Assembly (NCBI GenBank): GCA_014905635.1
Contig: JABVCE010000026.1
Span: 124,001-188,000, forward strand
DNA: 64,000 nt
Origin: Scenedesmus sp. PABB004
Taxonomy: Eukaryota
Direction of reading: 5' to 3'
Shown one piece after another: positions 36,606-49,700 of the stretch (positions are counted from its first letter, which is position 1; each line of letters opens with the position of its first letter). Both the position numbers and the translations under genes were made by a program. The notes under the pieces were generated by a model that was not told where the DNA came from, ran no database searches, and saw only the letters and a list, made by a program, of their open reading frames with translations.

Positions 36606-39600
36606 ATGGCGCGCCCAGCGCTGCGGGCGGCGACGGCCGCGGCCGTGCTGCTGGCGCTGCTGGCGGGCGCGGCCGGGGAGGGCGCCAAGGCGCCCGCTGC
36701 CCGCAAGAGCGCCATCATCGCCAGCGCCGGCGAGACGGCGCTGCCCAACGGCATTGGCGACGTCGCGCCCGACGGTGCGGGCCGCGCCAGGCCTGCCCGA
36801 GGCCTGCGGGGCGCCCCTCCTGAGCGCCGCGCGCCGCAGGCGCCTGCAAGCCGGACGTCAAGTCGTTCTGCAAGGACGTGACCCCCGGAGACGGCCGGCT
36901 GGTGCTCTGCCTCACCAAGCGCATCAGGCAGGAGCGGCAGGGCAACATCGCAGGTGGGCCCCTCTCTCGCCCGCCCTGGGCGCCCGCGGGTCCCCGCGCC
37001 CACGCACACCGCGCCCCGCAGGCCGGGCGGTGCGGGAGCAGTGCCAGGAGGCCGTGGCGGAGTACAAGCGCCAGCGCGCGCAGCACATCAACCGCGACCC
37101 GGCGCTCGGTGCGGCGCGGCGGCGCCGCGGCGGCGGCCAGCTGGGCGGCACCGCGGCCAGCAGCAGCAGCAGTGTCCCTGGCTGCACACGCGGCGGGCAT
37201 GCGCGCTCTGGCCCCGGCGGCGCGGCCCGCGCGCAGGAGTGCAACAGCAGCAGCAGCAGCGTCGGCGGCAGCAGCAGCGTCGGCGCCAGCAGCGCCCGCT
37301 GCAGCAGCGGCAGCGGCGGCGCCGGCGGCACGGGGCGGTAGCGAGCGCCTGCCCGCCTGCGCCGTGACGCGACGCGCCGGGCGCCCGCCCGCCTGCCGCC
37401 GCCGCGCAGCGCGCGCGTGCAAGGACGACGCGGCCAAGCTGTGCAAGGGCGCCGACGACAACAAGACCCCCGGCGCAGCGCTCGTCTGCCTCAGGTGCGC
37501 CGCGGCGGCAGCAGCGCCGCCGGCGGCGGCACCGGTGGCTCCCCGGGGCGGCGCGCGACCGCCGCCGCGCCGCGCCGCGCCGCACCGCAGGGCCAACCAG
37601 AAGAAGGCCAGCACGCCCTGCAAGGGGGAGATCCTGCGCGCGCAGGCAGAGGTGCGGCGCGCGGCCCCCGGGGCCCCCGCGGCGCGGCCAGCTGGCTGCA
37701 TGCGCCCGCCGCGCGCCGCCGCCTGCGCGCGCGCCGCCCACGCCCCTCGCCCACGCCCCCTGCTGCCGCGCCCGCTGCTGCTGCTGCCGCCGCCGCCGCC
37801 GCTGCCGTGGGTGTGATCAGATCGCTGAGGACTACCGCCTGGACCCGGCGCTCTACGCGGCGTGCAGCGACAGCGTGGCCAAGGTCTGCGGCGACCTCGA
37901 GCCGGGGCAGGGCCTCGAGCTCGACTGCCTGGTGCGCGGCGCGGCGGCGCGCGGCGCGCGGCCGCGCGGCAGCGGGCTCGGCGGGCAGCGGCGCGGCCGC
38001 GGGCGCAGCCGGCGCGGCCGCGGGCGCAGCCGGCGCAGCCGCGGGCGCAGCTGGTGTGCCGGCCGCCCGCGACGCCGCGCCGCGCGCGCCGGCGCGCGCC
38101 GCAGGCGGAGAACAGCAAGGCGCTGGGCTGGGAGTGCCTCGCGCACGTGGTGCGCGTGGAGCGCGAGGCGTCTGACGACATACGGCTCAACGTTGCGCTC
38201 TTCAGGGCGTGTCAGAACGACCAGAAGAAGTTCTGCGCCGACGTGGAGCCGGGGCACATGCGCGTGCAGGTGCGCGGCGGCGGCGTGGCGCGCGGCGCGG
38301 CACACGCACAGCACGCGCGCGCACAGCGCGCGCACTCACACACGCACGCGCGCACGCGCGTGCAGGAGTGCCTGGAGGACCACCTGGACGCGGCCGGGTT
38401 CAGCGGCGGCTGCAAGGCCAAGCTGGAGGAGGTCATCGCGGCGCGCGTGGCTGACTTCAGGCGCGGCGGCGCAGGGCGCGGCGGCGCGGCGGCGCGGCGC
38501 GGGGAGGGCCAGGGCGGAGGGCGGGAGGTGGGCGGGAGGGAGGGGCAACGGAGCGGCGGCAGCAGCGCGCGCCGCGCCGACGCCGGCGCCGGCGCCGCGC
38601 CCTGCGCGCCGCAGGCTCGACGCGGGGCTGCAGGAGGCGTGCGAGGAGGAGCTGGCGGTGACGTGCAGCACGACGCTGAAGGAGATGCAGGACGACGCGG
38701 GCAAGCGCGCGAGCGGGCTCAACTGCCTGCAGCAGTTCAAGGAGGAGCTCAAGAGCCAGGAGTGCAGGCGAGCTGCGGCGCGCGCGGCGCGCGGCGTGGG
38801 GCACGGGCGCGGGCGCGGCGCACGCCCGGAGGGCGTGCGGAGGAGGAGGCCGCGGCGCAGGCGGCCCGCCCCGCGTGCGCGGGCGGCCTGCCAGCGGGCG
38901 CCGCCCGCCGAGCGCCGCCCGCCCCGCCTGCCCCCCCCCCCCCCCCCCCCCCGTACTCGTGCAGGGACAAGGTCCACCGCAAGATGGTCCGCGCGTCGCG
39001 TGACATCCGCTTCGACGACGTCCTTGCCAACGCCTGCCAGGAGGACCGGCGCTCGTACTGCAACGACGTGCAGCCGGTGCGCGCGCGGCGCGGCGCGCGG
39101 CGCGGCGCGCGCGGCGCGCGGAGGGAGGGCGGGCGGGGCGCGGCCCGGGCGCGGGCGGGGGCGGGCGCGCGGCGGCGGCGGGCGCGCGGGCCCGACGCCG
39201 CGCCCCGCGCCCGCGCGCGCGGCGCAGGGCTCGGCGCGCGTCATCCGCTGCCTGCAGGACCACAGCCCCAACCTGAGCCAGCGCTGCGCGGCGGCGCTGT
39301 TCGACCACGAGGCGCGCCGCGCCGCGCGCCGCGCCGCGCGCCCGCGGGGCTGGGCTCGGCGCGTTCCCAACCTCGCGCCGCGCCGCTCCCCTCTGCTGCG
39401 CCGCCGCCGCCTCACCTCGCCTCACCCCCCCCCCCCCCCCACCTCACCCACACCCACACCCACACACACACTGCCCCCACGCCCACCCACCCAGGTCAAG
39501 ATGGCGGAGGACATCGACTTCAAGTACCCCACCCGCAAGGCGTGCGCGTGGGAGATCAGCAACTTCTGCCGCAACGTGCCCCACGGCCACGCGCGCGTCA

Positions 39601-39974
39601 TACGCTGCCTCCAGGCGCGCGCGCGCGCGACGCGGCGCCCGCGCCGCAGCGCCCGCGCCGTCCCGTCCGCCCTCATGCTCCCCCCCCCCCTCGCGCTCCC
39701 CCCTCGCGCTCCCCCCTCACGCTCCCTCCCTCACGCTCCCTCGCGCGCTGCTCCCTCACTGCCCGTCGCTCTGCCCGTCGCCCACGCGCCGCAGAACCAC
39801 CTTGACGAGGAGGACATGTCGACCGAGTGCAAGGCCGAGGTGGTGCGCGACCAGAACCGCATGGCACAGGTGCGCGCCCCCTCGCCCGCGCCCGCCGCCC
39901 GCCCACGCCCGCACGCCACACACCCGCGCCCGCACGCCCGCACCCGCTCCCCCACACGCCACACCTAACGCCCC

Positions 39975-40069
<95 letters not shown>

Positions 40070-41317
40070 GCACGCCACATGCCGCACCTAACGCCCCCCC
40101 CCCCCCCCCACACACACCCACACCCACACACCCACACCCGCGCCCACATGCCGCACCTAACGCCCCCCCCCCCCGGGACCAGGACTACCGCCTCAACTGG
40201 CGCCTCAACAAGGCCTGCACGCCCGACATCAACCGCCTCTGCGCGGGCCTCTGCGACGCGCCCGCGGGCCAGATGTGCGGCGGCGTCGTGCTGCAGTGCC
40301 TCCAGGTGCGCCCTGCCCGCCGCCGCGCCCTGCCCTCCGCCGCCCTGCCCTCCGCCGCCCTGCCCTCCGCCGCCCTGCCCTCCGCTGCCCTGCCCTCCCC
40401 CGCCGCCCTCCCCCGCCGCCCTCCCCCCCTTTCTCACCTCCCCCCCCCCTCACCTCACCTCACCCACCCACCCCGCGCACCCCGCGCACCGTCCAGGACA
40501 AGGCGGACAACATCACGTCGCAGGCGTGCGCGGACGAGGTGTTTTACTACGTGCTCATGGAGGTGACCGACTTCCGCAACGACGTCATCCTCGCAGAGGC
40601 CTGCCGCGCCGACGTCGACAAGTACTGCCGCGACGTCACGCCCGGTGCGCCGCGCCGCGGCGCAGGAGGGAGGGAGGGAGGGAGGGGAGGGGCGAGCGCG
40701 CGGGAGGGGGGAGGGGCGCGCGCGCGGGAGGGACGCCGCACGCGCAGGAAGGACCGCGGCCGCGCCCCGGCGCCGCCCGGCGCGCCGACCCCGCCGCCGC
40801 GCCGACCCCGCCGCGCCGCCGCGCCGCCGCCGCCTGCACGCGCCCAGGCGAGGGCCGCGTGCACGCGTGCCTGCGCTTCCACAAGTCCTACCTGAGCCCG
40901 CGCTGCGGCGCGGAGGAGGCCAAGCTCGCGGCGCTCGAGTACCGCGACATACGGCTGCGCCCCAAGCTCGCAAAGGTCTGCAGCGAGGAGCGCGCCGTGT
41001 ACTGCAGGGTGAGGGCAGAGCCAAAGGGCGCGCCGGGCGCACGACGTGTTTGGGGGGGGGGTGCGCGGCGCGGCGCGGCGCGGCGCGCGGAGGGAGGCGC
41101 GGCGCTGACGCGCGCGCGTCCGCGCCGGCCGCGCCCCGGCGCGGCAGGACGTGAAGCCGGGCAAGGCGCGCGTGGTGACGTGCCTCATGGAGGCGATGGC
41201 GCAGCCCAACTTTGGGGAGGAGTGCCGCGCGGAGCTGCAGAAGCGCGAGGAGGTGGTCAAGAACGACTACAGGCGCGCGCGCGGCCGCGCACGCACCGCA
41301 CCACGCACGCGCACGCG

Positions 41318-41397
<80 letters not shown>

Positions 41398-42449
41398 ACG
41401 CACGCGCGCCGCCCGCGCCGCCCCCTGGCCACTGCGGCGCCTCACCCGCGCCGCCCCCTCGCTCCCTCGCACCCGCCGCGCCTCACCACCCCTCACCGCC
41501 GCCGCGCGTCGCCCCCGCCGCCAGGTATGACATCGGCGTGCTGACCGGCTGCGGGGCCGACATCGACCGCCTGTGCGCCGAGGAGAAGACGCGGCTGCGC
41601 GGCAACGCGACCGTGCTCAAGTGCCTGGTCGCCAACTTTGACAAGACCGGTGCGCCGCGGGGGCGACGGCGCGGCAGGAGCGCCGCTGGGCCCTCGGGCG
41701 CCCCGCGCCCCGCGCCCCCGGGCGCGGCCGCCCGCGCCGACCTGCGCACCCACCCACCTGCCGCCCGCGCCCGCCCGCGCCCGCCCGGCCGCCCGCGTGC
41801 GCGCCAGGCGAGGCGTGCCAGGCTGAGATGAGCCGCGCGGTGCGCTTTGCGCTGTGGGACTACCAGAGCGGCCAGGCGCTCACGCAGGTGCGACGCGCCG
41901 GCCGCGGCGGCAGCGGCGGCGCGCGCGGGCGGGCGGGCGCCGCGCCCGGCGGGGCGCTCCCCCCCCCCCCCCCCCCCTCACACACGCACCACCCCGCCGC
42001 CGCGGTCAGGTGTGCGACGGCGACGTTGCGTCGCTGTGCCCCAAGGGCGCGCGGTCGCGCCCGGGCGGCGTGTTCACGATCGGCGCGGTCGGGCGCTGCC
42101 TGAGCAAGGCGCTGGTGCAGGGCCGGGGCTCGCGGCGGGGTGCCGCGGGCTCGTGCTCGTCGCGGCGCCCAAGGACGCGCGGCTGTACCTCACATACCCC
42201 GAGTCGACGAGCGCGCTGGTGGCCAAGGTCGCGGAGCTTCAGCGCGCGGCGGGGCTCGAGTCGGTGCTGGTCGACCCCTACCGCCGCGACGGCGGGTCGG
42301 TCACCGTCACGGGGTGGGTCGCGCTCGCGTGCATACTCAGCCTGGTGCTCGTGAGCGTGGGCGGGCTCGTCGCGCTCGTGCGGCGCCTCGGCGGCGCGGC
42401 CGCCGGCGAGCGGCCGCACACGCAGTACGTCAAGTCGGGCGACGCGTGA
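36606..42449 (+). CDS. GLG1: Golgi apparatus protein 1 (GLG1/ESL-1/MG-160) homologue with cysteine-rich repeats, ~20 exons; apparent frameshift near 42125
   Basis: Signal peptide, many repeats of the type D(I/Y)RL....ACxxDxxxFCxDVxPGxGRVxxCL, and a C-terminal TM (WVALACILSLVLVSVGGLVALV) with a short tail. 5 of 19 introns are GC-AG. Confidence 0.88.
39971..40067 (+). repeat. poly(C) plus (CA)n microsatellite in a GLG1 intron
   Basis: About 20 C followed by about 38 CA units. Confidence 0.9.
41326..41396 (+). repeat. (CA)n microsatellite in a GLG1 intron
   Basis: About 35 CA units. Confidence 0.9.
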
Positions 42450-43050
42450 CGCGCGTGACCCCGGGACGGCGGCGGCGGCCGGAGGGGGAGCACTGCAGCG
42501 CAGCGGCGGGCGGGTAGGCAGGCGGGGCGGGGCGCACGTGTGGCGGCAACATCGACCGCTGAACCCTGAGCCGCCTGAGTCCCGCCGCGGAGAGAGCAGC
42601 GCTCGGCGGTGGCCACCGCCTTTCCACTCCCCTGCGCGCCGCTGCCCAGCCCCGCACGCGCGCGCACGCGGCAGCCGCCGGCGCAGCAGCGCAGCAGCCC
42701 GCCGCCGCCGCCGCGCGGCCGTCGCCGCTCGGCGCCGCACGGTCGCGGTCGCCGCTCGGCGCAGGCTTTACGCCGGGAAGGTGCGCGCCGCCCCAGGAGC
42801 ACGGCTGCGTCGCCGGCGGGCCGGCGCCCGCCGCTGCTCGCCGGTCGTGCGGCGCCGGCCGGCCGCGACGCGCGCCAGGCCGCGCCATGCGCTGCGCTCG
42901 TGATGCACGCGCAACATCTGCAGCTGCTCCGCGGCGTGCGCTGGCCGCCGGCCCAGCGCCGCCGCCGGCCCGCCGCTGCTCGCCGGCCGACGACCGCTGC
43001 CGCCGCGCGCGCGCCGCAGCCCCCAGGCCCGCAGCAGCTGGTGCTCGACA

Positions 43051-44872
43051 ATGGGCAAGACGCTGAAGCGCCAGCGCGCGCGTGCGGCGCGCGAGGCGGC
43101 GGCCGAGGCCGAGGCGCGGCCGGCGAAGCAGGCGCGCGTGGTCGCGGGCGTTCCCGGTCTGACGGCTGCCGCGAGCAGCAGCAAGTTCACGGCCGCCGTG
43201 AGCGCGGCGCTGGCGGCGCGTGACTGGCTGGCCGCGCACACGAGGCTGCAGGTGCGAGCCCGCCCGCCGGCGCTCCGGCGCGTGCGCTCGGCGCCCCGCG
43301 CGGGCCCCGCCCGCCGCCGGCGAGCCGCCGCCGCTGCCGCCGCCGCAGGCCATGGCGTCGCTGGGCAAGGTGCCCAAGCTCGGCGCGGTGCAGCGTTGGG
43401 TGCGCGACGCCGACCAGGCGGGCGACGAGGCCGTGACAGCGGCGCTCATCGACGCCGTGCTGCGCTGCTGCGAGCCGCCGCCCGCCGGCGCCGCCAAGGC
43501 GGCACCCCCGGCGCCGGCCGCGCAGGGCGGCGAGGCGGGCGCCGCGGCGGCCCTGCGCGGCCGCGTGCGGCGGCACCCGCCGTGGCGGCCGACGGCCGAC
43601 GCCGACGGCGCGCCGCCGCCGGAGCAGCCGGAGCAGCCGCAGACGCAGCAGCAGCAGCAGCCGGCGAGCGCCGGCGCCGGCGCGGGCCCACGGGGCAGGA
43701 GCAGGCCCGCGCGCGGCCCGACTATGCCACGCTGGCGCGGCGCGTGCCCTACGCCCCCGGCGCGGGCGGGCCGGACGTCATACACACCTTCGCTCCCGGC
43801 ACGCTGCGCCTCGCGGCCGACCACCCGCCGGTCGTGTCCGTGCCGGTGCCCTTTGCCGGCCCCGGCGCGCGCTGCCTGCTGGGCGTGCTGAGCGCGGAGG
43901 AGTGCGCGGAGGTCATCGCCGCCGCCGACGCGCTCGGCTGGGCGGGCGACGTCGACTACACCTTTGGCGGCGTGCCCGGCGGCGGCGACGGCGCGGAGCG
44001 CGCCGCCGCCGCGGCGTCGCAGCGCGGCGGCGCGGCGCCGCCCGCGCTGGGCGCCGGCGCGGCGGGGCCCGCGGCGCTCGCGCGCAGCGCGGCGCGCGGC
44101 GCCGCGGCGGCCGCGGCCGGCCTGCTGGGCGGCGGCCCCGCCGCGGGCGTGGTGTGGCTCGCGGACGAGGGCCTGCTGGGGCCGCTCTTCGGCCGCGTGG
44201 CGCACCTGCTGCCGCAGGAGCTCGGCGGCGGCGCGCTCGCTGGCATCAACGCTCGCTTCCGCCTCTACCGCTACACGCCCGGTGCGCGCGCCCGGCTGCG
44301 CCGCTGCCACGCAGCCGCGCGCCGCCGCCACCGGCGGGGGCCGCGCGCAGCGGCAGTCGGCCCACGGGGCTCAAAGGCGCGGCGCGGCGCGGCGCGGCGC
44401 GCAGGCAACGTGTACCGCCCGCACGTCGATGGCGCGTGGCCGGGCAGCGGGCTGGACGCGGGCACCGGGGAGTATGTGTTTGACGCCTTCGGCGATCGCT
44501 GGTCACAGATGACCTTTCTCATCTACGTGAGCATGTGCTTGATGCCGGCGCGCTGTGTGCCGCACTGTGCCGCGCGCTGGCGCCTGGCCCCTCCCCTCCC
44601 ACCCACCCACCCACACGCGCACTGTCACGCCGCGCACGCGCAGCTGAACGAGGGCTTCACCGGCGGCGCCACCACGTACTACACGCCCGCCCCGGGCGAG
44701 CCGGGCGTGCTCGACGCGCGCGGCGTGCGGCCGGTCGCGGGCGCGGCGCTCGTGTTCCCGCACGGCGGCGCGCGCGGCAGCCTCGTGCACGAGGGCAGCG
44801 CCGTCGTCGCGGGGACCAAGTACGTCATCCGCACCGACGTCCTCTACATGACCCCGCCCCAGCCCGCGCAGC

Positions 44873-44911
<39 letters not shown>

Positions 44912-44931
44912 GCCGGCGCGGCGCGGCGTGA
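43051..44931 (+). CDS. 2-oxoglutarate/Fe(II) dioxygenase (prolyl-4-hydroxylase-like), 4 exons; apparent frameshift near 43692
   Basis: INARFRLYRY, RPHVDG (HxD), TFLIY|LNEGFTGGAT, ALVFPHG, VHEGSAVVAGTKYVIRTDVLY. Confidence 0.82.
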
Positions 44932-45193
44932 CGGGGCAGGGACGCGGCGCGCAGCGGCGGCGGTCGGCGGACTCGAGCGGCGGTCGCTGGCACCCGCGCG
45001 GGGGACGGCGCCAGCTTGGTGAGCACGCAGCAGCGTGAGTAACAGGCCTGTTTGCTCTTGTCAGAACACCAAGGTGGGCGCCACACAGGGCCGCCCGCCG
45101 CTGCGGCGCGCGCTCAGCGCCGCCCGGGTCAGCGGGCGCGCGCTGGCGCCGGCGCGACACACGCAGCACGCGCCACCCACGAGCGCTGGCAGG

Positions 45194-46225
45194 TCAGTCG
45201 GCGCACGCCAGGCCCTCCGCCTGCATCGCCGCCAGCGCCTGCGATGCCGCGCTCGCCGCCAGCCCCGCGTCGGCGTGCGGCACGGCGCGGATGGCCACCG
45301 CAAACAGGCTGGCGAACAGCGCCCGCACGCCGCGCCCGCTCGCCGCCGACACCTGCGCGCAGGGGGCATTGGCGGCGGCGGCGGCGGCGGCGGCGCGCTC
45401 GGCGCCCAGGCCCGCACAGGCCGGCCGACCGCGCGCGGGGCGGGATCGCGGCGGCGGCGCGCGCCTCAAAGAATGGCAGGCCCCGCGCGGCCGCCCACGC
45501 GCGGCCCTCGGCCTCGCCCACGCGGCGCCCCGGCTGGTCGGTCTTGGTCGCCGCCACAAACGTCGCCTGCGCCGCAGCGGCGGCGGGGCGCGTCGGCGCG
45601 GCGCGGGGCGCCTCTGGGCGCCGCGGCCCGCCCCCGCGCCCGCGCCGCTGCCGCACCATGCCCGGCGGCGCGCCGTGCGCCGCGGCCTCGTCGAGCCAGC
45701 GCGGCAGCGCCTCGAAGCTCGGCCGGCTGCACGCGTCGTAGACCAGCAGCGCCGCCTGGCCGTCGCGGTAAAACTCGGTGCGCACCGCCGCGTACTCGGG
45801 CGGCCCGGCGAGGTCCCACAGGTTCACGCGCACCTGCGCGCCGCGCCGGCGGCGGCGGCGGTGCAGCGGGTGGGCGGGGCGTGCGGGATGTGGCGCACGG
45901 GCCAGCTGGCAGCGGCCCGCGCTGCCGGCGCCGCGCGCTGCCCGACCTCGTGGTCGCCAAAGGGCACGGGCTTGACGCCGTAGTCGACGCCGATGGTGGG
46001 GATGTAGCGGCTGACAAACTTCTCCTCGCAGTACCTGGCGGCGGCGGGGCGGCGGCGACAGCTGATTCGCCGCCTGCAGGCGGCGCCGCGCGCGGCAGCA
46101 GCGTGGCGCTCGAGGAGCGCGGTGCCGCTGGCGCCGCCGCACCGCTTGATGAGGCAGGACTTGCCCACGCCCGTGTCGCCCATGGAGAGGACCTTGAGCC
46201 GCAGCACGCGCCCGCGCGGCCCCAT
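45194..46225 (-). CDS. RJL: RJL-family (RBJ/DNAJC27-like, no J domain) small GTPase, 5 exons
   Basis: LKVLSMGDTGVGKSCLIKR|YCEEKFVSRYIPTIGVDYGVK is the RJL signature; also WDLAGP, VRTEFYRD and E|VSA. GC donor at 45464. Confidence 0.8.
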
Positions 46226-46761
46226 GCGGTCAACGCCGCGCGCCGCGCCGCTCGCCGCACCGAGCGCCGAGCCCGCGCACTTTCCGCGGGCGGTGGCGTC
46301 GCCGCGGCCAGCCGGGTCAGCGGTGGCGGCGGCGGCCGTGCCGGCGGCGGCACAGCGCGGCTGCGCGGCGGCGGGGCCGGCGAGCTGCGGCGCTGCGGGG
46401 CCGGCGGCGCCGATCGCCGGGCGGAAGCGAGGCGTGCCACGTCGCTCACGGTGCCACGCCTGAGCTCCGCCGCGATTCAGGGCGCTCAAGCCCCGCGGGG
46501 CCGTGCTGCCGGCCGCCTCAGCGCGCCCGGCGCCCAGACCGGACCGGCGTCGACGACGACGGCGACGGCTAGCCCGCCTGGCGCGCGAGAGGCAGGCCGA
46601 CAGCAGCTCGCGCACGCCGGCAGCGAGGCGCCGCTGCTGCCGCCCTGCGCGCGCCCCGGCGCCCCTGTGCACGCACGTTCGCAGCAGCCTCGGGACGATC
46701 CGCATGCGCCCGCCGCCGCCGCGCGGGGGGCGGTGCTGACGCGGCCCCGGGGGCAGCCGAG

Positions 46762-49700
46762 ATGGGGCTTCGAGCGGTGCGTGCGCGGCGAGCGGGCGCG
46801 CTGCCGCCCCGGCCGCGGGCGCTGCGGGCGGGGGACGCGCGGGGTCACCCCTGGGCGCCGCGGGCGGGCGCAGCGGGCCCGTTGGGGGGCGGGGCGGCCC
46901 GCATTCGCGTCGTTGCTGCTGCCGCGGGGCCCCTCATTGCCGCCGCCTCGCTCGCCGCAGGCGCCCGGCGTGACGGGCGCCCGCCCCGCGCCGGCGCACG
47001 CCCTGCGGCCGCTGGGCTGCGGCGCGGGCGCGGCGCCGCTGCTGCGCGGCCGCCGGCCGGGCCTGCCGCGCGGCGCGGCGCCGCTGCCGCTGCCGCTACC
47101 GCAGCGCCGCGGCTGCGCCGTGGCGGTCGCCGCCACCGGGGCCGGCGGCGTGTGCGGCAGCCCCGCCCTGCGCGGCCCACAGGCGTGCGACGGCAGCAGC
47201 CATCGCCGCAGCGGCCAGGAGCAGTCGCAGCAGCAGCCGCAGCAGCCGCAGCAGCCGCAGCAGCAGCCGCGCCCCGCCGCAGACGCGGCGGCGCGCGGCG
47301 CGCCATCACGCCCGCGCGCGCACGCGCCCGCCGCGTGCGCGGCCGGCCCGCCGCCGGCATGGGGCCTGGGCGGCGGCAGCGGCCTGCCACTGCCGTGCGG
47401 GGGGCACCGGCGCGCCGCGCGGCAGCGGCGCGCGGGCGTGCGCACCGCAGCGCTCGGCGCGGCGGCTGTGGCGGCGTCCGCCAGTCCGCCATGGCACCAG
47501 GCGCTGGGGTGAGCGCGCCCCGCCGCGCGCGCGGCTCGGCGCGCCTGGGGGTCGCAGGGTGCGCGCGCGGGCGGCCCCCGGCCCGCCCCGACCCCCGCCC
47601 CGCCGCCGCCGCCGCCGCCGCAGGCTGTCGCTGCGCGGCGTGCTCTGGGGCGTCGCGCTGACGCTGGGCGCGCAGCTGCTGCTCGCGCTGGTGCTGCGCA
47701 CGCTGTGGGCGCGGCGCGCCATGAGCGCGGTCGACGCCTGGCTGACGGCCGTGTTTGGCGTCTCGCTGCGCAGCGGGCGCGGCGCGAGCAGCGTGCTGGG
47801 CAGCATGGACGACGAGAGCGACACGGGCAGCAGCGCCGGCGGCGGCGACGCCGGCCGCGCCGCGGCCGCGGCGGCCGCGGCCGCGGCGATCGCGGCGGGC
47901 CTCCCCCGCGCGTTCTCGTCGTCGTCGTCCAGCAGCGCGGGCAGCAGCAGCAGCAGCGCCGCCGCCACGGCCGCCGCGGCCGCGGCGGTGCCGCCGGCGC
48001 GCGGGCGGCGCGGCGCAAAGGACGCGCGCGCAGCGGAGCGCGCCGCGAGCGCGGCGCTCGTGCACAACGCGCCGGGCGAGAGCGTCGAGTGGGTCAACAT
48101 GTGCTTCCGCAAGATCTGGCGCGTCTACCAGCGCGGCCTGGAGAGCTGGATCACGGACCTGCTGCAGCCCGTCTTTGACGGCCTCATACAGGTGCGTGTG
48201 GGTGTGTGGGTGCGCGTGTGGGTGGGTATTTGGCGGGGACACACACAGCGGCGGCAGCTGGGGGGAGGGCGCGCGCGAGAGACGCGCCGACGCGCCCACG
48301 TGGTCCGCGCGGTGCGCAGGCAGGTACGCTGCCGACGTGGCTGCTGCGGCTGCGCATCGTGGAGCTCACGCTCGACCACGAGGCGCCCTACTTCAGCAAC
48401 ATGCGGCGCCGCAACAGCCGCAAGGACAGCGACCTCACCGGCGTCGTCGACCTGCGCTACACCGGCGGCGCGCGGCTGCTGCTCATGCTCGAGCTCGGCC
48501 AGGGGCGCTGGCGGTTCAAGATCCCGGTGCTCGTCTCCGACCTCGACGTCCAGTGCGCGCTCTGGCTCAAGCTGCGCCTCGCGCCGATGTGCCCCTGGAT
48601 CGGCACCATCTCGCTCGCCTTTGTCTCCCCGCCCGCGGTCAAGGTGCAGCTCTCGCCGTACAACCGCGTGCGCCTCATGCGCATCCCCGTCGTCCAGGTG
48701 CGGCCCGCCGCCGCCGCCGCCGCCGCCGCGCCGCCCGGCTGGCGCCGCCGCCGCCGCCGCCGCCGCCGCGCACCTCCCACCGCCGCGCCCGCGCCGCCGC
48801 CGCGCCGGCGCCAGGCGCTGCTGAACCGGCTGCTCACGGTGGACCTGCCGGGGCTGATGGTGCTGCCGGAGCGGCTGGAGATCAGCGTGCCCCCGAGCGT
48901 GACGAGCATCGCCGAGGCGGCGGTCGGGCGCGACACCATCATGCGCGCCGTCGCGTCGGCGGTGCTTCAGGTCGACAGCCTCGAGCAGGCGCTGCTCGCG
49001 GCGCTGCCGCTCGGCCCCCAGGGCGCCGCCGGCGGCGTGAGCCTGCCGGAGCTGTTCCGGGTGCGGCGCGCGCCCCGCCGCGCCGCCTGTGGCCTGCGCG
49101 CCGCAGCCCGGCCCGCGCACGCGCCGCCTGGCCCGCGCGCGGCCGCAGCCGCTCACGCGCCGCCGCTGCTGCTCATGCGCATCCGTGCGCAGGGCGAGCT
49201 GAGCGTGATGCTGCGCGAGGGGCGGGACCTGCCGGTGTGGGGCATGCCGTGGCAGAGCAACCCCTGGGTGCGGCTGGTGCTCGGCGAGCAGGCGGTCGCG
49301 TCGCGGCGGGACAGCGAGACGAGCACCGCGAGCCGGCACGGCGCGCCGGTGTGGAACCAGGAGGTGCAGTTCCTCGTGGAGGACCCGGACAAGCAGGTGG
49401 GCGGGCAGGGGGCCGCGGGGCGCGGGGCGCGGGACGCGCTGCGCCGGGCGGCGGCGGCGCGCTGGCGGGCGCGTGCGCGGCGGGCGCGCCGCCGCGGCGC
49501 CGAGGGACTGCAGCGGGGCGCTCACGCGCGCGCTGTCTGCCGCACCGCGCCGCGGCTCTGTCGCGGCCAGGTGCTGGAGGTGTACGTCAACGACAGCCAC
49601 CTCACCGGCCGCGCCAAGGTCGGGCGCGCGGTGCTGCGCCTCGCCGACCTGCCGCCCGACGGCCGCGCGAGCGTGTGGCTGCCGCTGCAGGGCGTGGCGC

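Noticed and set aside
39951..40175. Repeat-spacer pattern resembling a CRISPR array
   Set aside because: Intronic and eukaryotic, spacers are low-complexity CA/C runs, and there are no cas genes.
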